This document shows positions 17,621 to 24,506 of a stretch of 32,000 nucleotides of DNA, piece after piece. A program made the translations under genes and the position numbers. Location: contig NC_007493.2 in NCBI RefSeq assembly GCF_000012905.2, positions 990,001 through 1,022,000 of the forward strand. The letters run 5' to 3'. Source of the DNA: Cereibacter sphaeroides 2.4.1. Its GTDB lineage: Bacteria; Pseudomonadota; Alphaproteobacteria; Rhodobacterales; Rhodobacteraceae. Positions within the stretch are counted from its first letter, which is position 1; the number at the start of each line of letters is the position of its first letter. A model generated the notes under the pieces. It was not told where the DNA came from, did not search any database, and saw nothing but the letters and a program-made list of their open reading frames with translations.

Positions 17621-19753
17621 TCACGGGGAAAACGTCCGGGCGAGGGGAGGGTTCCCGCCCAGCGTCGCCTCGCGCGGCCAGTGGCGCATCCCGCGGCAGG
17701 CCGCCACGAAACCGTCGATGTCGCTGCTCGAGCCGATCTCGATCCAACCCTCGTCCATCTTGGCCCCGAGCGCACAGGCCTCGATCAGCGGCCCCGCCCC
17801 ATGGTGGGCGATGAACTTGCAATGCGCATGCGCATCGGTGAGGAAGTCCTGCGCCGCCGGGTTGGCGGCTAGCATCGCCGCATCCGAGCCCGGCAGCACC
17901 GCCACCGCGTCGAAGATCACCGACGGGCCGCCGCCCAGCTTCTCGTCCGCCGGATGAAGCGTGCCCGCGCTGTCGGTGACGCCGCCTACGCGCGGGGCCA
18001 CGAGCTTCATCATCGCCCCCTCGGCCTGCAGGATCGAGCGCAGCTCGGTCAGCAGCTCGGCCTCGACGCCGTTGCCCGCCAGAACCCCGACGGTGCGGCC
18101 CGCAAAGTTCGGCGGCGGGTTCTTCAGCATGCTGAGCGCATCGGACGGCGGCAGGTCGGTGCGCGTCGGCCGTGCCGCGGGAGCGGGCTCGGGCATCTCG
18201 GTCAGGCCCAGCCCGTCGGCCACCGCCTGCGCCAGAGCGCCGTCGATGTTGAGGAGATGCGCGACGATCCGGGCGCGGATCTCGATCTCCTGACACTTCG
18301 ACAGTTCGAAGACCAGCGCATCGCGGATGTGACCCTGCTCGACCGGGGTCTGGCTCAGGAAGAACTGCCGCGCCTGGCTGTAATGGTCGGCGAAGCTCTC
18401 GGGCCGGAGCCTCCGCTTCTCGCCCTCGTTGCGCACGGCGTAGCTGACATAGCCCTCGAGCGGATGGGCCCGCGGGCCCTTGCCCCAGCCGTTCGGCTCG
18501 TAGTTCACCCGACCCTTGCGGTTCGAGGTCTGCATGTGCCCATCCTGCTGGAAATTGTGGACGGGGCAGCCACGCGGGGCGTTGATCGGCAGCTTGGTGA
18601 AGTTGGGGCTGCCCAGACGCTTGAGCTGGGTGTCGAGGTAGGAGAAGTTCCGTCCCTGCAGCAGCGGATCGTCGGTGAAGTCGATGCCGGGCACCACGTT
18701 CTGGGTGCAGAAGGCCACCTGCTCAGTCTCGGCGAAAAAGTTATCCACGACGCGGTCCAGCGTCAGCGTGCCGACGATGGTGAGGGGTACGAGCTCTTCC
18801 GGGATGATCTTGGTGGGATCGAGCACATCGAAGTCGAAGCGGTTCGCGAACTCTTCGTCGAAGATCTGCAGGCCCAGCTCCCATTCTGGGAAATCGCCGG
18901 CGGTGATCGCTTCCCAGAGGTCGCGGCGGTGCCGGTCGGGGTCGGCGCCGTTGATCTTCAGCGCCTCGTCCCACAGCACCGACTGCATGCCGAGCTTGGG
19001 CTTCCAGTGGAACTTGACGAAGCTCGACTGGCCTTCGGCATTGATGAAGCGGAAGGTGTGGACGCCGAAGCCCTCCATGAAGCGGAAGCTGCGGGGGATG
19101 GCACGATCCGACATCTGCCACATGACCATGTGCATCGACTCGGGCGTGAGCGAGATGAAATCCCAGAAATTGTCGTGCGCCGACTGGGCCTGAGGGAAGC
19201 CGCGGTCGGGCTCGGGCTTCACGGAATGGATGAGGTCCGGGAACTTGATCGCATCCTGAATGAAGAAGACCGGGATGTTGTTGCCGACGAGGTCCCAGTT
19301 GCCTTCATCGGTATAGAATTTCACCGCGAAGCCGCGCACGTCGCGGGCAAGGTCCACCGACCCCTTGGAGCCCGCCACCGTCGAGAAGCGGACGAAGGTC
19401 TCGGTGATCTTGCCTTCCTTCTGGAAGGGGGCGGCGCGGGTGATTTCGGGAATGGCCTTGGTGCATTCGAAGAGCCCGTGCGCGCCGAAGCCGCGGGCAT
19501 GGACCACGCGCTCCGGGATCCGCTCATGGTCGAAGTGGAAAATCTTTTCGCGGAGGATGAAATCCTCGAGCGCGGTCGGTCCCGGCGCGCCGCTCCTGAG
19601 CGAATTCTGGTTGTCGGCGATGGTGACGCCCTGGGCCGTCGTCAGACGCTCGTCCCCTTCGCCGGCGTGCTGGTGGAACTCGCCGCCCGCGCCGTAGTCC
19701 GACACGAGGTTTTCGAAACTGCCGGAACGGGCGGCAGGTTTGTCTTCGGCCAT
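17621..19753 (-). CDS. katE: Large-subunit monofunctional catalase HPII
   Basis: 710 aa with [15 protein letters not shown] and RFSTV catalase signatures and the C-terminal flavodoxin-like extension typical of HPII. AAGGAGA Shine-Dalgarno 6 nt upstream. Confidence 0.95.
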   Translation of the reverse strand: MAEDKPAARSGSFENLVSDYGAGGEFHQHAGEGDERLTTAQGVTIADNQNSLRSGAPGPTALEDFILREKIFHFDHERIPERVVHARGFGAHGLFECTKAIPEITRAAPFQKEGKITETFVRFSTVAGSKGSVDLARDVRGFAVKFYTDEGNWDLVGNNIPVFFIQDAIKFPDLIHSVKPEPDRGFPQAQSAHDNFWDFISLTPESMHMVMWQMSDRAIPRSFRFMEGFGVHTFRFINAEGQSSFVKFHWKPKLGMQSVLWDEALKINGADPDRHRRDLWEAITAGDFPEWELGLQIFDEEFANRFDFDVLDPTKIIPEELVPLTIVGTLTLDRVVDNFFAETEQVAFCTQNVVPGIDFTDDPLLQGRNFSYLDTQLKRLGSPNFTKLPINAPRGCPVHNFQQDGHMQTSNRKGRVNYEPNGWGKGPRAHPLEGYVSYAVRNEGEKRRLRPESFADHYSQARQFFLSQTPVEQGHIRDALVFELSKCQEIEIRARIVAHLLNIDGALAQAVADGLGLTEMPEPAPAARPTRTDLPPSDALSMLKNPPPNFAGRTVGVLAGNGVEAELLTELRSILQAEGAMMKLVAPRVGGVTDSAGTLHPADEKLGGGPSVIFDAVAVLPGSDAAMLAANPAAQDFLTDAHAHCKFIAHHGAGPLIEACALGAKMDEGWIEIGSSSDIDGFVAACRGMRHWPREATLGGNPPLARTFSP

Positions 19754-19791
19754 CTGGCTCTCCTTGACAGGGGGAACGGCTGGAGTCTGTG

Positions 19792-19819
19792 CGGGGCGCG
19801 TCTCATCCGGCGCGCCCCG
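19792..19819 (-). other. Hairpin in the 121-nt spacer between the secreted-protein gene and katE
   Basis: CGGGGCGCG-(10 nt)-CGCGCCCCG forms a 9-bp stem, extendable by two further pairs. There is no U-tract, so it may be an attenuator, a processing or stabilising element, or a weak terminator. Confidence 0.3.
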
Positions 19820-19874
19820 GCAGGATTGCGGCCCGGGCGAGGATCGACCGGGCCGCGATGGGCGTCGGGCGGCG

Positions 19875-20387
19875 TTACTGCGGCTTGAACGAGGTCACGA
19901 ACGAGCAGGCCTGCGTCCAGACCGAGGCATCGCCCGGAGAGGCGGGCGCGTCGGACGCGTTCGTCGTGTCCTCAGGAACCGGGGCCGGGGTATCCGTGCC
20001 GCCGAGATCCTCGCCGGTCGTCCCGGCCTCATCGGCATCCGGCGTCAGCGAGCCGCCGATGCCGCCGGACGAGGCGCCGCCCATGGAACCCGCGTCCATC
20101 AGATAGGCCTGACAATCGCGCACGGCGCGCTCCCTGGCCTCGGGGTCGAGCGCGGCCCACCGCTTTTCCATCTCGTCGGTCGCTCGGAGCGAAGTCATCG
20201 CCGCATCCTCGAAGAACACGTCGCGCACATCGTCGGACCAGGTCTGCTGGCTGATATCCTTGATGCTGCCCGTGCCGGTCTCGGGAGCTACCGGCCGGGT
20301 GGGATCCATCCCGTCCGCGCCGCTCTGTGCAAAGCCCGGGGCCGCGGCCAGGGCGAGGAGGCTCGCGGTGAAAGCAATCTTTCTCAT
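19875..20387 (-). CDS. Secreted acidic low-complexity protein, unknown function
   Basis: Start set at ATG 20387 ([23 protein letters not shown], a signal peptide) with GGAGAG 5 nt upstream. The mature part is Asp/Glu/Gly/Thr/Pro-rich with two Cys residues. I recognise no family. Confidence 0.7.
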   Translation of the reverse strand: MRKIAFTASLLALAAAPGFAQSGADGMDPTRPVAPETGTGSIKDISQQTWSDDVRDVFFEDAAMTSLRATDEMEKRWAALDPEARERAVRDCQAYLMDAGSMGGASSGGIGGSLTPDADEAGTTGEDLGGTDTPAPVPEDTTNASDAPASPGDASVWTQACSFVTSFKPQ

Positions 20388-20445
20388 CGACAGTCTCTCC
20401 ATTCGTGAACATCACCGGTCCCGCAGCGTGTGCGGGGTTGCGGAA

Positions 20446-20470
20446 GGAACGGCAGCGGCGGACGAATGTT
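20446..20470 (+). promoter_or_regulatory. Candidate ECF-type promoter on the opposite strand, overlapping the previous one
   Basis: The plus strand reads GGAAC(20446-20450)-N16-TGTT(20467-20470), directed toward mpg. Its -35 overlaps the minus-strand -10 and vice versa. Confidence 0.3.
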
Positions 20471-20472
20471 CC
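20448..20472 (-). promoter_or_regulatory. EcfG-type ECF sigma promoter, perfect consensus
   Basis: The minus strand reads GGAAC(20472-20468)-ATTCGTCCGCCGCTGC-CGTT(20451-20448), spacer 16 nt. It lies about 60 nt upstream of start codon 20387. Confidence 0.6.
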
Positions 20473-20520
20473 GGGAGGCGGATGTCACACCGGCGTCAGA
20501 CCGCGCAGGAAGGGGGGCAG

Positions 20521-21075
20521 ATGGAGGGGCAGGCAGCCTGTTTCGCGCGCGAGGCGCCCGCGGTGGCGGTCGATCTTCTGGGGGCGCATCTGCAGGTGCG
20601 CGGCGTGGGCGGACGGATCGTCGAGACGGAGGCCTATACGCCGGACGATCCGGCGTCGCACAGTTTCCGCGGACCCACCCCGCGCAATGCGGCGATGTTC
20701 GGGCCGCCGGGCTGCGCCTATGTCTATCTGTCCTACGGCATCCATCTCTGCCTCAACGTGGTCTGCGCGCCGGGCCATGCCGTGCTGATCCGCGCTCTGG
20801 AACCGACGGAGGGTCTGGCGCAGATGGCGGCCCGGCGCGGCACCGATGTCGCGCGGCTCCTCTGTTCCGGGCCGGGCCGGATCGGTCAGGCGCTGGGTCT
20901 GACACTGGCCGACGATGGCACCGCCTTCGGCACGCGGGGCTTTGCGGTGCGGTGGGGTGCGCCGGTGGCGGCAGGCGAGATCCTGTGCGGCCCGCGCATC
21001 GGCATCAGCCGGGCGGCGGACATGCCCTGGCGCTTCGGCCTGCGCGGCTCTCCCTGCCTCAGCCGCAGGTTCTGA
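20521..21075 (+). CDS. mpg: DNA-3-methyladenine glycosylase (Mpg/AAG family)
   Basis: The ETEAY motif, PASHSFRG and the [10 protein letters not shown] pattern are typical of the AAG family. ATG 20521 follows GGAAGGGGGG, giving a 184-aa product of the usual size. ATG 20482 is an alternative start. Confidence 0.8.
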   Translation: MEGQAACFAREAPAVAVDLLGAHLQVRGVGGRIVETEAYTPDDPASHSFRGPTPRNAAMFGPPGCAYVYLSYGIHLCLNVVCAPGHAVLIRALEPTEGLAQMAARRGTDVARLLCSGPGRIGQALGLTLADDGTAFGTRGFAVRWGAPVAAGEILCGPRIGISRAADMPWRFGLRGSPCLSRRF

Positions 21076-21147
21076 GGCGGAACAATCCCGCCCGGCGGCT
21101 CTTGGAAGGAAGGGGCGCGCGCTGCGCCCGCAGGAGAGGAGGATGCG

Positions 21148-21309
21148 ATGACGAACGACCTGCAACTCGGCCCGAACGATCCGCCGGCTCCGGACCCGAT
21201 GCCCGAGCCGAATCCCTATCCCGATCCGATGCCCGACCCGGATCCTATCCCGCCCGGCGATCCGGACATGCCGAACCCGGGCGAGGAGACGCCCCCGATC
21301 TACAGCTGA
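21148..21309 (+). CDS. 53-aa Pro/Asp-rich micro-protein, not in the ORF track
   Basis: My translation gives MTNDLQLGPNDPPAPDPMPEPNPYPDPMPDPDPIPPGDPDMPNPGEETPPIYS*. GGAGAGGAGG Shine-Dalgarno 6 nt before the ATG, and the third codon positions are mostly G/C. A perfect terminator hairpin starts 30 nt after the stop. Confidence 0.55.
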   Translation: MTNDLQLGPNDPPAPDPMPEPNPYPDPMPDPDPIPPGDPDMPNPGEETPPIYS

Positions 21310-21333
21310 GGCATGCCGGAGGGTTGCGACATG

Positions 21334-21371
21334 AAAAAGGCTCCGGTCTGTGACCGGAGCCTTCTGCTTTT
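21334..21371. terminator. Bidirectional rho-independent terminator
   Basis: AAAAA-GGCTCCGGTC-tgt-GACCGGAGCC-TTCTGCTTTT forms a perfect 10-bp stem flanked by an A-run and a T-run. It lies between the convergent 21148-21309 (+) and 21382-22491 (-) genes. Confidence 0.75.
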
Positions 21372-21381
21372 CAGGACAGCC

Positions 21382-22491
21382 TCAGAAGCCCGAGCCTGCA
21401 ACCTTGGGGCCGGACGTGCCGGGACTCTTGGTCGTGGAGTCGGTCGAGCCCGTCGAGCCCGCGCCAGCCGAGGACATGCCGGTCGAGGATTTGTCCGCCT
21501 CCTTGCCGTGAAGCACGGGCTCCACCTGAGCCTTCGCCTCGCTGGCCGCCGCATCGGCGACGCGTCCCACCTTCGAGGCCAGCGTCTCGCCCTTCTCGGG
21601 CACCAGACCTTCGTCGCGCGCCGCGGCGATGGTGGCGTCGTAGGTCTCGCGCGCGGCCTTCATCGCCCGCTCGCGCAGCTCCCACGACGAAGCCTTCGCC
21701 TCGTCCCAGAGCTCGTCGCTGGTGCGGCCCATCCACTCGTCCTCGGTGCGCGTCCGGGGAAGCGCGGCCCCGATCACGGCGCCGAGCGCCACGGCCGCGG
21801 CACCCACGAGCAGGGGCTGCTGCTCCATGCCGTGGCTCATGCTGTCGCGCATCTGATGCGCGCCGTGGGACGCGCGGTCGCGCAGATGCCCGGCACGGTC
21901 GCGCAGATGCGCCGATCGCTCGCCGAGATCGTCGCGCCAGTGGCCGGCACGATCATAGGCATCCTCGCGCATCCGACCGGCGCGGTCGTAGACATCGTCG
22001 CGCAGGCTGCCCGCGCGGTCACGCGCGTCGCCGAAAGTTTCGGCCACCTTGTCCGTCGCGGAATGGGCCGCGCGGCTCACGCTGTCGGCAGCGTCGCTCA
22101 CCGCATGCTTGACGCGCGAGACCACGCCCTCGCCCCGGTCCGAACGATAGGAGGCGCCACCGCCGTAGGGCTCGTAGGACCGGCGGGCGGGGCCGTAGTC
22201 GCTCCGGTAATATTCTTCGCGGTCATAGGCGCTGACATGGCGCGAGCGGCTCGAGGAGCCGCCGAAGGCGAGCCACGCCAGACCCACCCCGATGAGGCCC
22301 AGAGCCACCGGATTGTCGCGCACCTGCCGGCCGGCGGAATGCATCACGCCCCGCAGATCCTCGACGCCCACGAAATTCGCGAGATCGTCGACGACCTGAT
22401 TGACGGACATCCGCTCCTTCAGCGCGTCGAGAGTGCTTTCGACTCGCGCGCGGTTCTCTTCCACTTCACGTTCGATCTTGTCGGCATTCAT
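21382..22491 (-). CDS. DUF3618-like membrane protein with internal 11-residue repeats
   Basis: Start ATG 22491 (MNADKIEREVEENRARVESTLDALKERMS, a DUF3618-like N-terminus) overlaps the upstream stop (TGATG). It has two hydrophobic helices (PVALGLIGVGLAWLAF and PLLVGAAAVALGAVIGAAL) and a Ser/Thr/Gly-rich tail. Confidence 0.8.
   Translation of the reverse strand: MNADKIEREVEENRARVESTLDALKERMSVNQVVDDLANFVGVEDLRGVMHSAGRQVRDNPVALGLIGVGLAWLAFGGSSSRSRHVSAYDREEYYRSDYGPARRSYEPYGGGASYRSDRGEGVVSRVKHAVSDAADSVSRAAHSATDKVAETFGDARDRAGSLRDDVYDRAGRMREDAYDRAGHWRDDLGERSAHLRDRAGHLRDRASHGAHQMRDSMSHGMEQQPLLVGAAAVALGAVIGAALPRTRTEDEWMGRTSDELWDEAKASSWELRERAMKAARETYDATIAAARDEGLVPEKGETLASKVGRVADAAASEAKAQVEPVLHGKEADKSSTGMSSAGAGSTGSTDSTTKSPGTSGPKVAGSGF
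21832..22032 (-). repeat. In-frame tandem repeats encoding (R/Y)DRAG-type 11-mer and 7-mer units
   Basis: Residues about 154-220 read RDRAGSLRDDVYDRAGRMREDAYDRAGHWRDDLGERSAHLRDRAGHLRDRASHG. The DRAG-like cores are spaced 11, 11, 11, 7 and 7 residues apart. Confidence 0.6.
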
Positions 22492-22892
22492 CAGATCTGC
22501 TCCCGTGCAAGCCGCACGTCGCGGCTGGTCTGTTCGATGGTGCGCTCCGGCACCAGATTGGCGGCGCTCATGTCCTTGCGGCCTCGGGCGATCAGCAGCC
22601 CGCCGATCACGGCCAGGACGGCGCCAACGATGAGGGCGGCCCAGGCAGGACCGACCCAATGGGCGAGGAGGACGACCAGCGCCTGCACCAGCACCAGAAG
22701 CGCCACGAGGAGGAGGATCCCCCCCGCAGCGATCATCTCGGCGCCGACGGCCATGCTGCGTCCGGCCTCGGCAACCTCCGCGCGGATCAGGCGGCTCTCG
22801 CTGCGCACGAGCCCGGTGACATCCCGCACGAGGTCGGACAGAAGATCGCCCAGCGAGCGATCCTCCGGCATACCGCGCTTAGGAGCCTCCAT
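22491..22892 (-). CDS. Holin-X / DUF1469 (Phage_holin_3_6)-like two-TM membrane protein
   Basis: Start set at ATG 22892 with GGGAGG 5 nt upstream. The 133-aa product has an amphipathic N-terminus (LGDLLSDLVRDVTGLVRSESRLIRAEV) followed by two TM helices. Its start overlaps the upstream gene by 14 nt and its stop overlaps the downstream start. Confidence 0.8.
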   Translation of the reverse strand: MEAPKRGMPEDRSLGDLLSDLVRDVTGLVRSESRLIRAEVAEAGRSMAVGAEMIAAGGILLLVALLVLVQALVVLLAHWVGPAWAALIVGAVLAVIGGLLIARGRKDMSAANLVPERTIEQTSRDVRLAREQI

Positions 22893-23703
22893 CTTTACCT
22901 CCCGACGTCGGGCCCGAGCCAAGGGGCTTCACGCTGGCGGCGGTGGGAGCCATCCCTGTGCTGCGGGCCGTGGCCTCGTTGGCGCTCCCGGGCCGAGGCG
23001 GCTCCGTGCCCGGCATCGCAGCGCCGCCCGGGGCGCTGAAGGGTGCGGCGCCGGGCCGACCGGCCATCGCGGGGCGGTTCTGGCCGCCGACATCGTGCGG
23101 CTTCGCGCCGAGAGGCTCGTGCGACGCGCGCTCGTGGGCAGAGCTGCCCGGGGCCGCACCGCGCCAGCGGTCGGCTCGCATCGCGTCGCCCTCATCCCAG
23201 TCGCGCCCACGCGGACGGTTCGACGAGGAGACGAGGAAGCGGCCGATGGCGAGGCCCGCGAACAAGGCGCCGCCCACGAAGAGCGCCGGGTTCTCGCGGC
23301 CGAAGCGCGCGACCGACCGGGTCATGTCTTCCGCCGAGCGGTGGCGCATCCGGTCCGCCATGTCGTCGAGCGTGTGGATCGCGCGATGGATCATCTGCGG
23401 CGGGGCAGGGGCATCGTCGCGCTTTTCCGCTTCCTCGGCACCCTTGCGCATCGACTGGGCGATGCCGTGGATGCTGTCGCACAGATCCTCCTTGCGGCGG
23501 TCCATCTCATCCAGCACGAGGCGCGAGACGCTGGAGCGAGCCCGGTTTGCCTCCTCGCGGGCACGGCCCGCGGCGCCGTGAAGACGCTCGCGGGCATCGT
23601 CCATCTCGCGGCGAGCGGCCTCTCGTGCGGTGTCGGTGAAGCCCGGACGGCCTGACGGATCCGAGGCTGTCCCCGAGCCGGTCATGTTCTTGTCGGTCTG
23701 CAT
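22879..23703 (-). CDS. ElaB/YqjD-like (DUF883-like) charged helical protein with one TM helix and a disordered Pro/Gly/Ala tail
   Basis: Start ATG 23703 (MQTDKNM...) follows GAGGAG 6 nt upstream. It has an Arg/Glu/Asp-rich N-terminal half, then ENPALFVGGALFAGLAIGRFL, then a low-complexity C-terminus. The family assignment is tentative. Confidence 0.7.
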   Translation of the reverse strand: MQTDKNMTGSGTASDPSGRPGFTDTAREAARREMDDARERLHGAAGRAREEANRARSSVSRLVLDEMDRRKEDLCDSIHGIAQSMRKGAEEAEKRDDAPAPPQMIHRAIHTLDDMADRMRHRSAEDMTRSVARFGRENPALFVGGALFAGLAIGRFLVSSSNRPRGRDWDEGDAMRADRWRGAAPGSSAHERASHEPLGAKPHDVGGQNRPAMAGRPGAAPFSAPGGAAMPGTEPPRPGSANEATARSTGMAPTAASVKPLGSGPTSGGKDGGS

Positions 23704-23771
23704 CCTGATCTCCTCGCATTTCTGCGGCCGGAGGCGCGCTCGGCGCCCGGTTCCGGCCTGTGTCGCCCAGA

Positions 23772-23797
23772 AACAGGCGCCGCCCGCCATTTGTTCC
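23772..23797 (-). promoter_or_regulatory. Candidate ECF (EcfG-type) promoter of the three-gene membrane operon
   Basis: The minus strand reads GGAAC(23797-23793)-N17-TGTT(23775-23772), about 70 nt upstream of ATG 23703. There is one mismatch in the -10 (T for C). Confidence 0.4.
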
Positions 23798-23845
23798 GCG
23801 CCTCCGGATGGGCTCGAAGGGCGTCGGGGACCGGCCTTCCGGATG

Positions 23846-23871
23846 GGAACCAACTCCCGCCGGATCCGGTT
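23846..23871 (+). promoter_or_regulatory. Candidate ECF (EcfG-type) promoter of the GSP26-like gene
   Basis: The plus strand reads GGAAC(23846-23850)-N17-GGTT(23868-23871), 35 nt upstream of ATG 23906. It is back-to-back with the 23772-23797 element, with 48 nt between the -35 boxes. Confidence 0.45.
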
Positions 23872-23905
23872 GCTTCGCCAACGCATTGCAGATCAGGAGG
23901 GCCGA

Positions 23906-24403
23906 ATGGCCGATACGAAACTTGCTCAGACCGATCCGAAGGCCGCGCTCTGGAAGCAGCTCGGCAAACTCCGCGCCGGGATGCTCGGCGTCGAGGGTTC
24001 GGGCCAGCACATGCAGCCGATGTCGCACCATTGCGACGAGGCGGCCGCGAAGCTCTGGTTCCTGACCAAGCGCAGCACCGACCTCTTCCGCGCCATCGGC
24101 CCGTCGAGCACGGCGCATTTCTGCATCATCGCGCATGACGAGGATTTTCATGCCTGCCTCTCCGGCCATATCGCCGAAGAGACGGATCGCGCGAAGCTGG
24201 ACGAGATGTGGAATCCCGTGGTCGCGGCCTGGTTCGAGGGCAAGGACGATCCCGACCTCGTGATGGTCTCGGTGAAGCTGCGCAGCGCGGCGATCTGGGC
24301 CTCGACCAGTTCGACCGCGCGCTTCGCCTACGAGATCGCCAAGGCCAATGTGACCGATAGCGATCCCGAGGTGGGCGTCCACAACGTCGTGACCTTCGCC
24401 TGA
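23906..24403 (+). CDS. General stress protein 26-like, pyridoxamine 5'-phosphate oxidase-fold protein
   Basis: ATG 23906 is preceded by AGGAGG at 23895-23900. The 165-aa sequence (...LWFLTKRSTDLF..., ...FEGKDDPDLVMVSVKL...) resembles the GSP26/PNPOx-like split-barrel family. Confidence 0.8.
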   Translation: MADTKLAQTDPKAALWKQLGKLRAGMLGVEGSGQHMQPMSHHCDEAAAKLWFLTKRSTDLFRAIGPSSTAHFCIIAHDEDFHACLSGHIAEETDRAKLDEMWNPVVAAWFEGKDDPDLVMVSVKLRSAAIWASTSSTARFAYEIAKANVTDSDPEVGVHNVVTFA

Positions 24404-24457
24404 TGCAGCGGCGGGCCCGCGCTGCGGAGGCTCGCCGCGAAAATTATGCCGCTCACG

Positions 24458-24483
24458 GGAACCGGCGCGCCAGAGCGCACGTT
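24458..24483 (+). promoter_or_regulatory. EcfG-type ECF sigma promoter, perfect consensus
   Basis: GGAAC(24458-24462)-CGGCGCGCCAGAGCGCA-CGTT(24480-24483), spacer 17 nt. It lies 24 nt upstream of ATG 24507, and the Shine-Dalgarno AGAGGGAGG falls in the short leader. Confidence 0.6.
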
Positions 24484-24506
24484 TAGCGGGCAAGAGGGAG
24501 GTTTAA

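Noticed and set aside
17954-19888. 644-aa plus-strand ORF
   Set aside because: It is antisense to katE, which has unambiguous catalase signatures. It is a shadow frame with Arg/Gly/Ala/Glu-rich junk composition.
21079-21104. GGAAC (21079-21083) right after the mpg stop, a possible sixth ECF promoter for the Pro/Asp-rich micro-ORF
   Set aside because: The -10 position reads TCTT (N16) or CTTG (N17) and lacks the conserved GTT. I treat it as a chance -35-like pentamer. The micro-ORF is more likely co-transcribed with mpg.
21148-21309. The Pro/Asp-rich peptide as a RiPP precursor
   Set aside because: No candidate maturation enzymes (radical SAM, YcaO, lanthipeptide synthetase, protease/ABC exporter) are adjacent. 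The peptide has no Cys, Ser or Thr-rich core and no leader-like region.
22491-22892. A 'holin' family call as evidence for a prophage or lysis cassette
   Set aside because: There are no endolysin, spanin, capsid, tail, integrase or repressor genes anywhere in the window. The gene is embedded in a stress operon with an ECF-type promoter. The family name is historical, and a lysis function is unlikely here.
21313-23655. 780-aa plus-strand ORF spanning the three-gene membrane module
   Set aside because: It is antisense to three minus-strand genes that have good Shine-Dalgarno sequences, coupled starts and recognisable domains. The product is low-complexity Ala/Arg/Gly and the ORF has no Shine-Dalgarno. 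It is a shadow frame.
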